DNA of 32,396 bases, counting the filler, from Vermamoeba vermiformis (Eukaryota), in NCBI GenBank assembly GCA_045837725.1. It is 2 parts of 2 records of this genome, joined end to end, with 100 filler letters (N's around TTAATTAATTAA, not from the genome) between each part and the next. Parts side by side here need not be neighbours in the genome. Positions count along the whole stretch, not along the records: positions 13,004 to 32,396 come from JBEWZL010000305.1; 1 more part is not named here. One strand, written 5' to 3'. Below are positions 22,197 to 32,396 of this stretch, piece by piece. The notes under the pieces were generated by a model, which saw only the letters and a list, made by a program, of their open reading frames with translations, was not told the DNA's origin and made no database searches. Both the position numbers and the translations under genes were made by a program. Position 1 is the first letter of the stretch. Every line of letters begins with the position of its first letter.

Positions 22197-24651
22197 ATGC
22201 ACAAAATACACGTCAGAAATATATTTAGTATATATTTACCTTTGGATAAGTACATTGGCACCGTTCAAACGAAGACAGAGCCTGAATTTGGATTCGGCGT
22301 TATCCAAAATGAGAACCAATTATTCTTCAAGATTCGATATATATGCACTGATATGTATGGAAAAAAATTATACGAACCACAAAACTGCTTTACATGGGCG
22401 AAAAGAGCTCCAATCATCCACCAACAAAGTGAAGTGGCGGATGCGCATTCAGCCGAAGAAGGAATGCTTCTGCGTCTGAAAATCAACCAAGGAGTCTTCG
22501 ACTTTCGAAAGACAAAAGCAAAAGATAGATTCTTTCAGATTATAATTGAGCGGATTGAAAATGGATCTGTCACCCAAACAGGATCTTCGTCTGTCCGGGA
22601 ATTATTCCCGAAGAAAAGGAAGCACGAAGGCGACTCAGAAAGTGAAGGTAATCATATCTCTTAACTTTCTACATGGTCGATTCTGATACTTTGTGCTGTC
22701 ACATGTCAAGTTGTTGTCCCGATTTTCTGGTTTGGCGAAGACGGGTATCTAATCGATCAACGGCAAATATCTCCCGAAGGAGAGTCATCGCAAAGTATAC
22801 AAGAGTCTTCGTATGGAGATGACACGATGCACGTAACTGATCCGAATGAAACAAATCAATATGCGTTCGGCTCGAGTTTGGATCATCCTTTCTCTGCAAT
22901 GGTCGTACATGACAGCGGAGAATATGACTCGTAAGTCATCATATCAATTGATGTACCGTAGTAATATTAAGTCTGTCTGAATAGTCCTCATGACAACTAC
23001 ATGGTACTTTACAACGGCAATGCAGAAGTCGTGGGAAACTTTCGAGCACTCAACTTCTACAAAGCATCAGATATCAATATCAAAGAAGACATTGAGTTGC
23101 TTCAGAACGGTACGAGTGACTTCCGAATGTGTTCGTTATGATTTTTACTCAGTATCTCAGGGCGAGACTGCCGAGCCACGTTACTTCGCATCAATGGTGT
23201 TTCATACAAGTTCAAGCCAGGAGTGAGTCACGCAACGAACAAGAGGTTCATTGGGTACATTGCTCAACAGATTGAAAGTGTGGTGCCAGAAGCTGTTCAA
23301 CTCATCGATGGTACGCGATAACTACTAGACCACAATCGGAGTGTAATATTGTTGCACAGGTATTCTGCACGTTGACTACGAGTCACTGATACCGTTCATG
23401 AGTGAGTCAATCAAACAGAACTACAATGACATTCAGAACGTCACTTCTGAAGTTGATCACATTCAACGAGTAATCGATGCTCTCTACGACCAATTCACTG
23501 GCTCAAAGATGGCAACTCAGAATGCAGCTCCCAACTCAAGTAGAAGAAATTTGATTGGTTGGAAGATCAGTGCAGCGATATTGTCAACTCTGGTTATCTT
23601 AATCATGGCTGTAGTTGGTCTTTACCTGTTCAGCAGTCACACCGCGGAGGTTGCTCCTACACTGGATAGGCCACCAGGCACTGCAGAACCACCTCCTAAT
23701 CTCGAACATTTAAATCCTGCGAATTATGAGCGGCACATGCTGTTGGAGTTACTAGATGCAATGCACGTCGATACAACCCGGTGGTTAAATGTACCGCACT
23801 GCACCTGGACAGGAATTTCATGTAGTAACATGACTGGTCGCGTTATTGGTATTAATATCAATTCCAACAGCTTTAAAAAGCGAACAGTTGCTAGTTCAAC
23901 CGTAAAGATTCCAGCAATTATCGGAAATTTCACCGAACTACACGTCTTGGATCTGACCTTCAACTCCATCGAGTCAACAATTCCAGAGTCGATTATACAT
24001 CTCAAAAACTTGAAGTCATTGAAACTAGCAGAGAATCGCATAACTGGAACTTTGCCTGACTTGCGCGAGTTACCACTGTTGAAGGAAGTTGAACTTTATG
24101 AAACATGGCTGTCACTGAACGAGAGCTCTTTGGCAATGCTTATGAACTTACCATCGATGGAAAAACTTGATCTTAATAACTGCCGTATAGAGGGTACTCT
24201 TCCTCAGGGTTTATCGAAGTCACTACTCAAGCTCGATGTGAGCGGATGTGGTTTACACGGAACGATTCCTACGTCATGGGAAGACAGTAATATTCAATAC
24301 CTAGCGATTGATCGCAATAACCTCAACGGCTCAATTCCGTGCTTGGGAAAGAGAATCACTAAGTTTTATGCTTCTGACAATGACTTTGAAGGAGAATTTT
24401 GCGGCACTGGATTCACGCAACTCACCGAATTTTCTCTCACTCATTCAAAACTGGCAGGAGTATTTGATTTACCGAACACGGACTTTAATCAACTTTCTGC
24501 ATTGTTCGTTAACGACAATCTGTTCACTTCGTTCCTGCCTTCAGCGATGAACGTCACAGGAGGTCCGAGGTTTTGTACTGCGGCAGCCAATCCGATTCAA
24601 TGTCCCATTCCTGAGTGGGCTGCGAAGAAATGTAATGCTATTTGTAATTAG
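22197..24651 (+). CDS. MYRF-like S74/ICA-TM-LRR protein, copy 4 (745 aa; exons 22197-22647, 22711-22930, 22985-23109, 23161-23310, 23360-24651)
   Basis: Exons sum to 2238 nt in frame; SDINIK Ser codon 23067; TM ISAAILSTLVILIMAVVGLYLF; HCTWTGISC cap; LRRs. Confidence 0.88.
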
Positions 24652-24694
24652 TTACTAAAATGACGTACTTGATCAAATAATCGATTTTTATCAG

Positions 24695-26327
24695 TTACAA
24701 TTTTAAGATTGATTTGGCGATAGGGCCGAACGATTCTAAACCAGGGTAGTCGATCTCGCTGAAAATTGCAATCCAAATTTCTGTTGGCAATTGCCTGAAC
24801 AATTCGCTGCGGGCAAAATTGTGGATAATTATTGCTGTATCTTCGTAACGCTGCTTTTGCAAATCGAAATTTCTGTCACAAATGTGCTTAATTTTGACGT
24901 TGGTTATGCCGCCAATCCAGCAATTAGTAAGCGTATAATTATCTTCCATCGCTTGGTCTAATTTTACGTTCCATTCTTCTGTATCGAAGAAAATCAAGTC
25001 AACTACCAGCCGTTTCAATTTTTTGCCATTTTTAACTATTTCAATCATTTCTTCGTAAGGTAGGAAAGGTATGCATAGTTCTTTTAGCGTAGTATTGTAC
25101 TTAAAAATTTCTCTGTAGCCTAGGTCGACGTTCGCACGTAGATCTAAACTCGTCAATGTCTTGTTCACTATTAATGTTTCTTTCAAAGCTTGAACGGAAT
25201 CTTCTTCCAATTTCGCGTAAATTTGAAGTAGTTTGATATTTTTGTTGTCTTTTAGTGAGCCAATACTTGTGGTTCGTAATTCAGATCCGGCAATTTTCAA
25301 AATCGTGATTGATGTGTTCGCTGCTAATGCCGGGAATATTGCTTGTTCAATTTCTTCTGTAATTTTTGTGATCGTTAGATCTAATTCTGATAAAGTTTGA
25401 GTTGTTCGGAGGTACTTCAAGAGCGGATCCATTGAGCAGTCTAAGTCCACTTTCCAGACCAAATTAGTTATTGAACGATTGACTATAAGACCATCGAATA
25501 ATCTTTGCAAATGTTCGTTCGTCAATTTGATGGCCAATAACGTTAGTTTTTTGATCGTTTTGTTGTGCTTTAGTGCATCGCCAAGTGGTCCAATTTCATG
25601 CTCGCGTATGTTCCTGTAATTACCGACTATATTGAGAACATTTAACGATGTATTGTGCTTGAGACCTTCTCCTAAAGCAATCAGTTCTTGGGCCGAAAAG
25701 TTAATTTTTAACAGGTGCAGATCCGTCAAAACATCGTTGCTCGCGAGACTATCAAACAAATCCACAAGGACATTTTCCCGTGGTTCTGGTTCTATTAGCG
25801 GAAGTTCTATAATTTGCAATCGTTTGATCGATTTGTTGAGCGTTAATAATTTGCCAAGACTTTTCCAAGTTGAAGTAAGAGATCTTGGTAAGGAAACATG
25901 CAACTCCTCTATTGAAGTATTGATCGCGATCCCATCAAAGAATAGTGTCGTATCTGCGCGATGAGCTGCAGGAAATAGGATGTCGAGTTGTTTCAAAGTT
26001 GAATTTTTGGTCAGATCTTCTCCCAAAGTTCTGTACCCATCATTTGAAAATTCATAATGACGTAAAATGAGCTTTGCAATATTTTCCTGATTTTTTTGTA
26101 ATATGTGGTGAAGCCAGTCGTCGGCAAGTGCCACATCCGAAAATTCAACCTCATTATTTGTTTCAGCGACTCCTCCAAGTTGTTTCAAATGCTGATAGTG
26201 TGCCTCCCAGTCTTCATCGCCGCGAAACAACTCGGGGATTGTGGTTAATTATTTTACAAACGTTTCTGAACTTCGATTTGCTTACTATTTTTGTTCCAAT
26301 GCTGCATTTTCCAATTTCAACGTTCAT
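24695..26327 (-). CDS. RNI-like LRR protein with C-terminal F-box-like motif, copy 2 (525 aa; exons 26327-26286, 26230-24695)
   Basis: Paralogue of 16862-18531 (shared ADDWLH, LASNDVLT, IGPLGxALKHN, ICDRNFxLQKxRYE, LPxExWxAIFSxIxYPGLESF), with the same first-intron position. Confidence 0.8.
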
Positions 26328-27188
26328 TTTTGCAGAGCTATATCATTGTTAAAACTCTAGGTAATGTGACTTTCAGTCTTGTTCAGAAAGAAATTGACCT
26401 GCATCCACAAATCGTTTTTTTTTGTTAATCTTGCAATGCACAGCACAAATCCTGCACTCGTAGCAGAAAAAACAATAGTACATTATATTTTACTGTGCAG
26501 ATACGGCTGCTAAGAATTGGCGATGGTCAGATTCAGAAATTATTAATTAGGAGGTTTGTTAATGGGCGCGAAAAAATAGTACGATTTTGCAAATTTGTCA
26601 GGTAGTTGAATGAATGCACAGTTACAGTATTGCGACGAAATTGTAATGCAGTATTGAGTACGGACATTTTATTAACGCGCAATTATTTTGATTCTGTTTC
26701 TCCTTCACCAAACGACCACATGTCTCGTGCGCTTTAATGTATTATTCTTTATCATTTTCTTAATTATTGTTTCATATTCTGTTTTTACCTTTCAATCTAA
26801 CGTATTTGGAGATCTTTAGCAAAGAATGGTCGTTTAAAGTGCATGAAGCTTAAAAAATGGAAGACAATAGAATGCCTATCGCGAACCAGTTCAATGTTTG
26901 ACTGAAGTAGATCAAGAAGTTCTTTGTACTGAATGTTACCGCCGCGGTGGATGTACTCCCAAATTGTATTGGAAATTGACAGCATTTTAGAGTGGAGGAC
27001 AATAACAATAATATCTTGTGCTATTTGCAATCGCTATGAATTGCTTAATAACGCGAGAATTCGAAAATACGCAATTGCCGGTGTCAACTACAAATATCAG
27101 CCATTTCACAACCCCAGCTTATCAATAATTCATATACCATTAACTTAGTCAACACATTACAAGGCTTCTCATTCTTCGACTGATCATC

Positions 27189-28420
27189 ATGACGCGATCT
27201 ACTGCTTTTCTACTCGCATCTTGGATGTTCCTTCAGATCGGTACCATTTATGCACAAGATGAATGGCCGCCTGTCGAAGAACCTACTGCTGTGCAATCCA
27301 ACGATTTGGAAAAGATATCTATGGCATTCAGTAAGAGATTCTCGGTTGATCCGATCTGAAACAATTAGAACTAATCTGAACTCATTTATTTAGCGATCAT
27401 ATACAGCGCATTGCTAGCGCTTGCCATATTATGCTTAGTTTTTGCCATTGTTCAACGAAAGAAGCAAGTTCATGATTTAGAAAGGTACTTTATCCAAAAA
27501 TACGGCCAACTCCAAAGCTAGTTCGAATTTCTTTACTATATAAGGCATATTATTAATGCGCTTAATATATAGACGACCTCTATTTGGTGATATTGTTCCT
27601 CAAGGCCTCGCAGATGCGAACCTGAACAACGTTAATTATGAAAATCAATTGAAAATCGCTCAAGAAATTCGAGGAGGTGAAAGACTTATTTGGGCCTATC
27701 ATAGCGTTCCGAGATGTAAGTAGGATCCGGACCGGATTTGTGTCTCAAGTACACACGATGTGACCTTTAGTATATTTAGTCCCCAATGCTTCAATCGTGT
27801 TAGCCAGCATTGCCACAGCACTATGTCTGTTCGGATTGGGCTATTCAGGCTCAGTTTTTGGCCTTATCAAGGCTGGTGAGAAGATCCCGTTCGTCGACGA
27901 GTTGATCTTCCCTGAAATGGTGTTGTTCATACCTTGCGGCATTGCTGGAATGATTTCGTAAGTACATATACCTCTAGCATGAATTATTTTGATAATTTAT
28001 CGAATCCTAATTTTTTTGTAAAGGATCTTTTTGATGCTTACATCCACTTTGGTTCGCATCAGCCAAAAGAACCTTGCCCTCTATGGAATTACTACAACCA
28101 GACTCTTCATAATATCGCATGCCCGATTGAACTGCTGTGCAACCTACGCCGGAGTTAGAGAACTCGAGCTCAACGGCATCCGCGATATTCGTGTTATTCA
28201 TACATCAAGCACTCGTGGCTCTATATTCCTTTCATCTGCTAACGTACCTCGTAAGTCTCGTTGCTACACGAGTATTATCAAGTTTGATCCGTACTGAATT
28301 TTGATTTTTCTAGTGTTTTATGGCAGACGTGCACGATTGTTAGGTTTTGCTTTCTACAACATTCCTCGTGTAAATGAAGTGCGCGATATAATTGAGAACA
28401 ATAGACAAGCGGCCAAGTAA
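27189..28420 (+). CDS. Multi-exon membrane protein (signal peptide, ~3 TM) with a bacterial-PH-like (bPH_2/YdbS-type) C-terminal region
   Basis: Spliced reading MTRSTAFLLASWMFLQIGTIYAQ.., TM IIYSALLALAILCLVFAIV, GGERLIWAY, two further hydrophobic segments, LYGITTTRLFII, FYNIPRVNEVRDIIE..AAK*; mostly missed by the ORF track because exons are short. Confidence 0.6.
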
Positions 28421-28778
28421 ATCAGTTTTTTGTCTGAGTGCTGCGTAATAATTAAAACATTATTTTTAATTTATTGGATTGTATATTACTTACGAATCGA
28501 ATATGGACTTAACGGCAATCGACTTGCTAAGAAACTTATTTTTTCGCAATTACACCGAAATCACTGATGAATCTGACAGATTGTGCCAAGATTTCCTACG
28601 TGCTTGTCCCATGCGGTCAATAAATAGGCTGCATAAATATCATATTAAAGCTTTAACTGGTCGTACAGGTTAACGAACCTACATTAATGTAAACGATTTA
28701 GTAAATCACCCGAGAGTCTCGTCCCATTTTACGCAAAGATGTCACACAGATTGCAATCTTTTAGTAGTCAATAACATA

Positions 28779-31191
28779 ATGGAGAAAATACACATTAGAA
28801 ATATATTTCGCGTGTTTATACCGCTCGATAGAAGCCTTGGATCTGGCACTGCCCAAACGAAGACAGAACCTTTTGGATTAGAATATAGTCAGAATGAAAG
28901 TAGATTCGATTTTAATATTAGGCTCGTATGCACGGATGAATATGGAAACATTAAGCACGAACCAAAAGATTGTTTCACTTGGGCAAAACGCAATCCGATT
29001 ATTTATCAACAAAAATCGAACGACGATGCTCCAAATGGATTATATATTCGCCTAAAAATCAACCAAGGAGTATTTGACTTCAGAAAAACAAAAGATAGAT
29101 TATTTCAAATTGTTGTTGAATTAACCGAAAATGGAGCAGTTAGTAGATCTGGCACGTCTGTAATATGGGAGCTATTTCCGAAAAAGCGACAAACAGAAAT
29201 CGAAGAAGGAGATAATGAAGGTTCGTACGCGTTTCTTGTCTCTTCCGTTGACCTGATCTAAATCTAAATTTTTCTCGACTAGCTGTTGTGCCGATTTATT
29301 GGCTCGGAGGAGACGGTTACTTAATTGACGATCAACAACACGTATCGCCTATTGATTCCTCGCAAAGTATACAAGAATCTGTGTTCGAAGACAACGCATT
29401 AATGGTGTCAAACGCGTCAAATTCGAATCACCAATACGCACTTACCTTGCATAATCCTGATACTGCAATGGCCTTACATGACAGCGGAGAATATGACTCG
29501 TAAGTGATGATCATATTTATTGATGTCGTAGTCATATTAAGTCTGAATAGTCCTCACGACAACTACATGGTACTTTACAACGGCAATGCAGAAGTCGTGG
29601 GCAACTTCCGAGCACTCAACTTCTACAAAGCATCAGATATCAATATCAAAGAAGACATTCGCTTGTTGGAAGAAGGTACGGCTTGAGAACTAAACGTACA
29701 AAACAACACTTTCTGACTTCTTATCAGATCGTGATTGCCGAGCAGCATTACTACGCATCAACGGTATCGAGTATAAGTTCAAGCCAGGAGTGAGTCACGC
29801 AACGAACAAACGATTCACCGGGTACATCGCTCAGCAAGTTGAAACTGTCGTGCCTGAAGCTGTACAGCTCATCGATGGTACGCAACAGTGCCATCAGTAA
29901 AATAAGCTTTGTTCCTAATATTATCTGCGCAGGTATTCTCCATGTTGACTACGAATCATTGATACCGTACTTAAGTGAGTCAGTCAAGCAAAACTTTCGT
30001 GATCTTCAGAACGTCACGGCGGAGGTTCAAAGTCTTAAAAAAGTGCTGGATGGATTGTACGATCAATTCACCAGCTTCAAAAAGACAAAACAATCAGAGG
30101 ACGATAAGATGAAGCATAATAGAAGAAACAAAGTGCTTGGCTGGCTCGTCGGAGTCGTCACGGTCTCAGCGATCATAGCGCTAACAATTACTTGGGTATT
30201 TTTTTCGGAAGTCAACCACGTCAAGATAACACCGCTCAGCGATACGCTAACACCACCAGAATTCGAACGGGACATTATTGTCCAATTATATATTAGCTTG
30301 ACCCGCGATATGAAGCCCCTGAGCCCCTGGAACTTGGCAGAGCCACACTGCTCTTGGCATGGAATCAAATGCAACGCTACGAGTGGCCGAGTAATATCAA
30401 TCGCAATGTCATCGTTTGGAACTTTTCAGGGCTTTAATGGAACTAGCATACCCGACGACATCGGAAAATTCACCGAGCTGCAAGATTTGGATCTGAGTCT
30501 CAACTTCATGACAGGGACGATTCCCGAATCAATCAAGAACTTGACGAATTTGAAGTTTTTAGCTTTGGCTCAGAATTCATTGACAGGCACTGTACCGGAC
30601 TTGCGTGGCTTGACAAAGCTAAGCTTGTTAATACTCAACAATAATAACTTAAGGGGACCTTTGGATATGATCATGCAACTACCATCACTTTCAACGCTGT
30701 ATTTCTACGGCAATTACGTCCCCGGCGATCTTCCCAGAAACATTTCAAGTTCATTGAAGGAAATTTTAATGGCGAGCTGTGGGCTCAACGGAACAATACC
30801 GGATTCATGGACCACAAGCAATCTCGAATCTATTGATTTGAGCTTCAACTCACTCCACGGATCTGTTCCGTGCTTAGGTCAGAAGCTCGTTCAACTAAAT
30901 CTGCAGAATAACAAACTGGACGGAACATTTTGTGGCAGCTCACTCAGATCTATTTCCGGATTGACGCTGAGCAATAACAATATGACTGGAACATTCGACT
31001 TGCCTAATGTAAATATAACGACAGTGCGGTACATCGCAATAGAGCACAATAGCTTCGTCACGCTGCTCCCTTCAACTTGGAACATGTCCGTTACTTTAGC
31101 ACCTACCGCGCATTGTTCAGCGTTTTATAATGCGTTTAAATGTCCTATACCCGAATGGACCTTAACAAAATGTAGTGCTACTTGTACCTAA
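28779..31191 (+). CDS. MYRF-like S74/ICA-TM-LRR protein, copy 5 (730 aa; exons 28779-29220, 29283-29499, 29551-29675, 29728-29877, 29933-31191)
   Basis: Exons sum to 2193 nt in frame; SDINIK Ser codon 29633; NRRNK then TM VLGWLVGVVTVSAIIALTITWVFF; HCSWHGIKC cap; LRRs. Confidence 0.88.
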
Positions 31192-31292
31192 TTAGTTGTA
31201 AATAAACCCTTTAGTAAACACGTGCGCGGAGATTTCTTCGAACTGAAGCAATATTGTCCACCGAAAATCGGATAAGTAAACCATCCCGATTA

Positions 31293-32396
31293 ATGGATAA
31301 AACACATATTATAGATGTTGATGCCATGGCAGACCATGACAAACGGCTAGTGCCTGTTGTCGATCTGGAAAAGACCCAACAGGACGAAGAAATAATTCTG
31401 GTTGGAGAGAAGAGAAAAAATGCAGACCGACAAAATAGTAATTATCATATATCATACACTTATTATCCGTGGTTCTTCTATTTTTTAAGAATTTTTTTGA
31501 TTATTATTCGAATAAGAAAAGTTTCCAATTTTTCCTCTTTAGGGCGCAATAAACGAAGAAAGATAGAATTAGCTGATGAATCAAGCGTGCGTATCTAGAA
31601 AATATTATCGTGTCTAATACAGTTTCAGCTGATTTAGTTTTAGATGGATCCGCTTCATTTATTCGAACAAAAAGAACGAGAATTTCAGCGAATAAGGCGC
31701 AACTTTCCAACAACAGACCCTTTATCGTTTCTTCCGTTCGAAATCATCGAGCAAATTTGCCGTAATCTTAATCTTCGAGATTACCTCTACCTTCTTTGTG
31801 TGAGTACTTTCACGGTATTTGTTTAATATACTAATAATTATATTACGTCCAGATAAATAAGGCATGGAATGCTTGCCGAGACGTACTACCTTGGAAGTAC
31901 TTAAGTGCTAAAATGTTCGATGTAACGCTCATGAACAAGCTGAAAGGCATGTGGTACGAACGACTGAAATTCAAATTGGCGCTCGAGAAAAATTGGAGGT
32001 ATTGTTAACTACTACTATTGATAACAACTATATTAACGAAGTTAAAGAAATAATATTAAAGAGCGAGTTAATACTGGAAGTATGTTTCCCCTCAATCGTA
32101 TAATTCAATTGCCATCAGACACCATCGTTTGGAAAAACAATTATGATACAAACATAGCAGAATTTTATCGGCTAATTTACGGAGTGAAATTGGAAAAAGT
32201 TTTCGAGGCTCAATTTAAACAGAAAAGAGGTCCTGTTGCGCCTCTGGCATATTTTGCTCCAACGCATGTGTTTCAAACTGACGATAACAACATATTGGGA
32301 GTGTATCAAAGTGATCGTGAATGGAACCGAACGATGTCTAGAGATATTTCAAGATGGTTTTTGGAAAAATCGGAAAAACTTCCGGATCAGATCTCA
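31293..32396 (+). CDS. F-box protein, 5' part, multi-exon, running off the window
   Basis: TDPLSFLPFEIIEQICRNLNLRDYLYLLC|INKAWNACRDVLPWK F-box consensus across a GT-AG intron; basic NLS-like segments upstream; start codon uncertain. Confidence 0.7.

Noticed and set aside
26797-27148. Short ORFs upstream of the membrane gene
   Set aside because: No motifs or convincing splice chain; treated as intergenic, although a small gene cannot be excluded.
1-32396. CRISPR arrays, tRNA or rRNA genes
   Set aside because: No regularly spaced repeats or recognisable RNA gene motifs were seen by eye.

Overview
Eukaryotic microbial genomic DNA. It is gene-dense, uses the standard code and has short GT-AG introns, mostly about 50-75 nt; an amoebozoan-like protist is an inference. 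A 100-bp assembly spacer (N44-TTAATTAATTAA-N44, 12904-13003) splits the window, so the two halves may not be adjacent. The left part holds the end of an LRR-like gene, a DUF4246 dioxygenase-like gene with a PBZ zinc finger, a GH85 ENGase with an N-terminal LamG/ConA-like domain and an inserted Fbs1-type FBA glycan-binding domain, and COQ9. It also holds a GPI-anchored kelch-like gene whose signal peptide is interrupted by a 510-bp TA-flanked TIR element, and an F-box gene. The right part is the main finding: a tandem array of 4 intact plus 1 broken MYRF-like genes. Each encodes an unrecognised ~140-aa N-terminal domain with a basic NLS-like end, an acidic linker, a peptidase-S74/ICA self-cleaving chaperone (SDINIK), a coiled coil, one TM helix and a divergent plant-type extracellular LRR domain. 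These look like candidate LRR receptors that release their own cytosolic or nuclear fragment. They are interleaved with two convergent RNI-like LRR genes, a bPH-like membrane gene and a terminal F-box gene. All domain calls come from motif recognition by eye; no searches were run.
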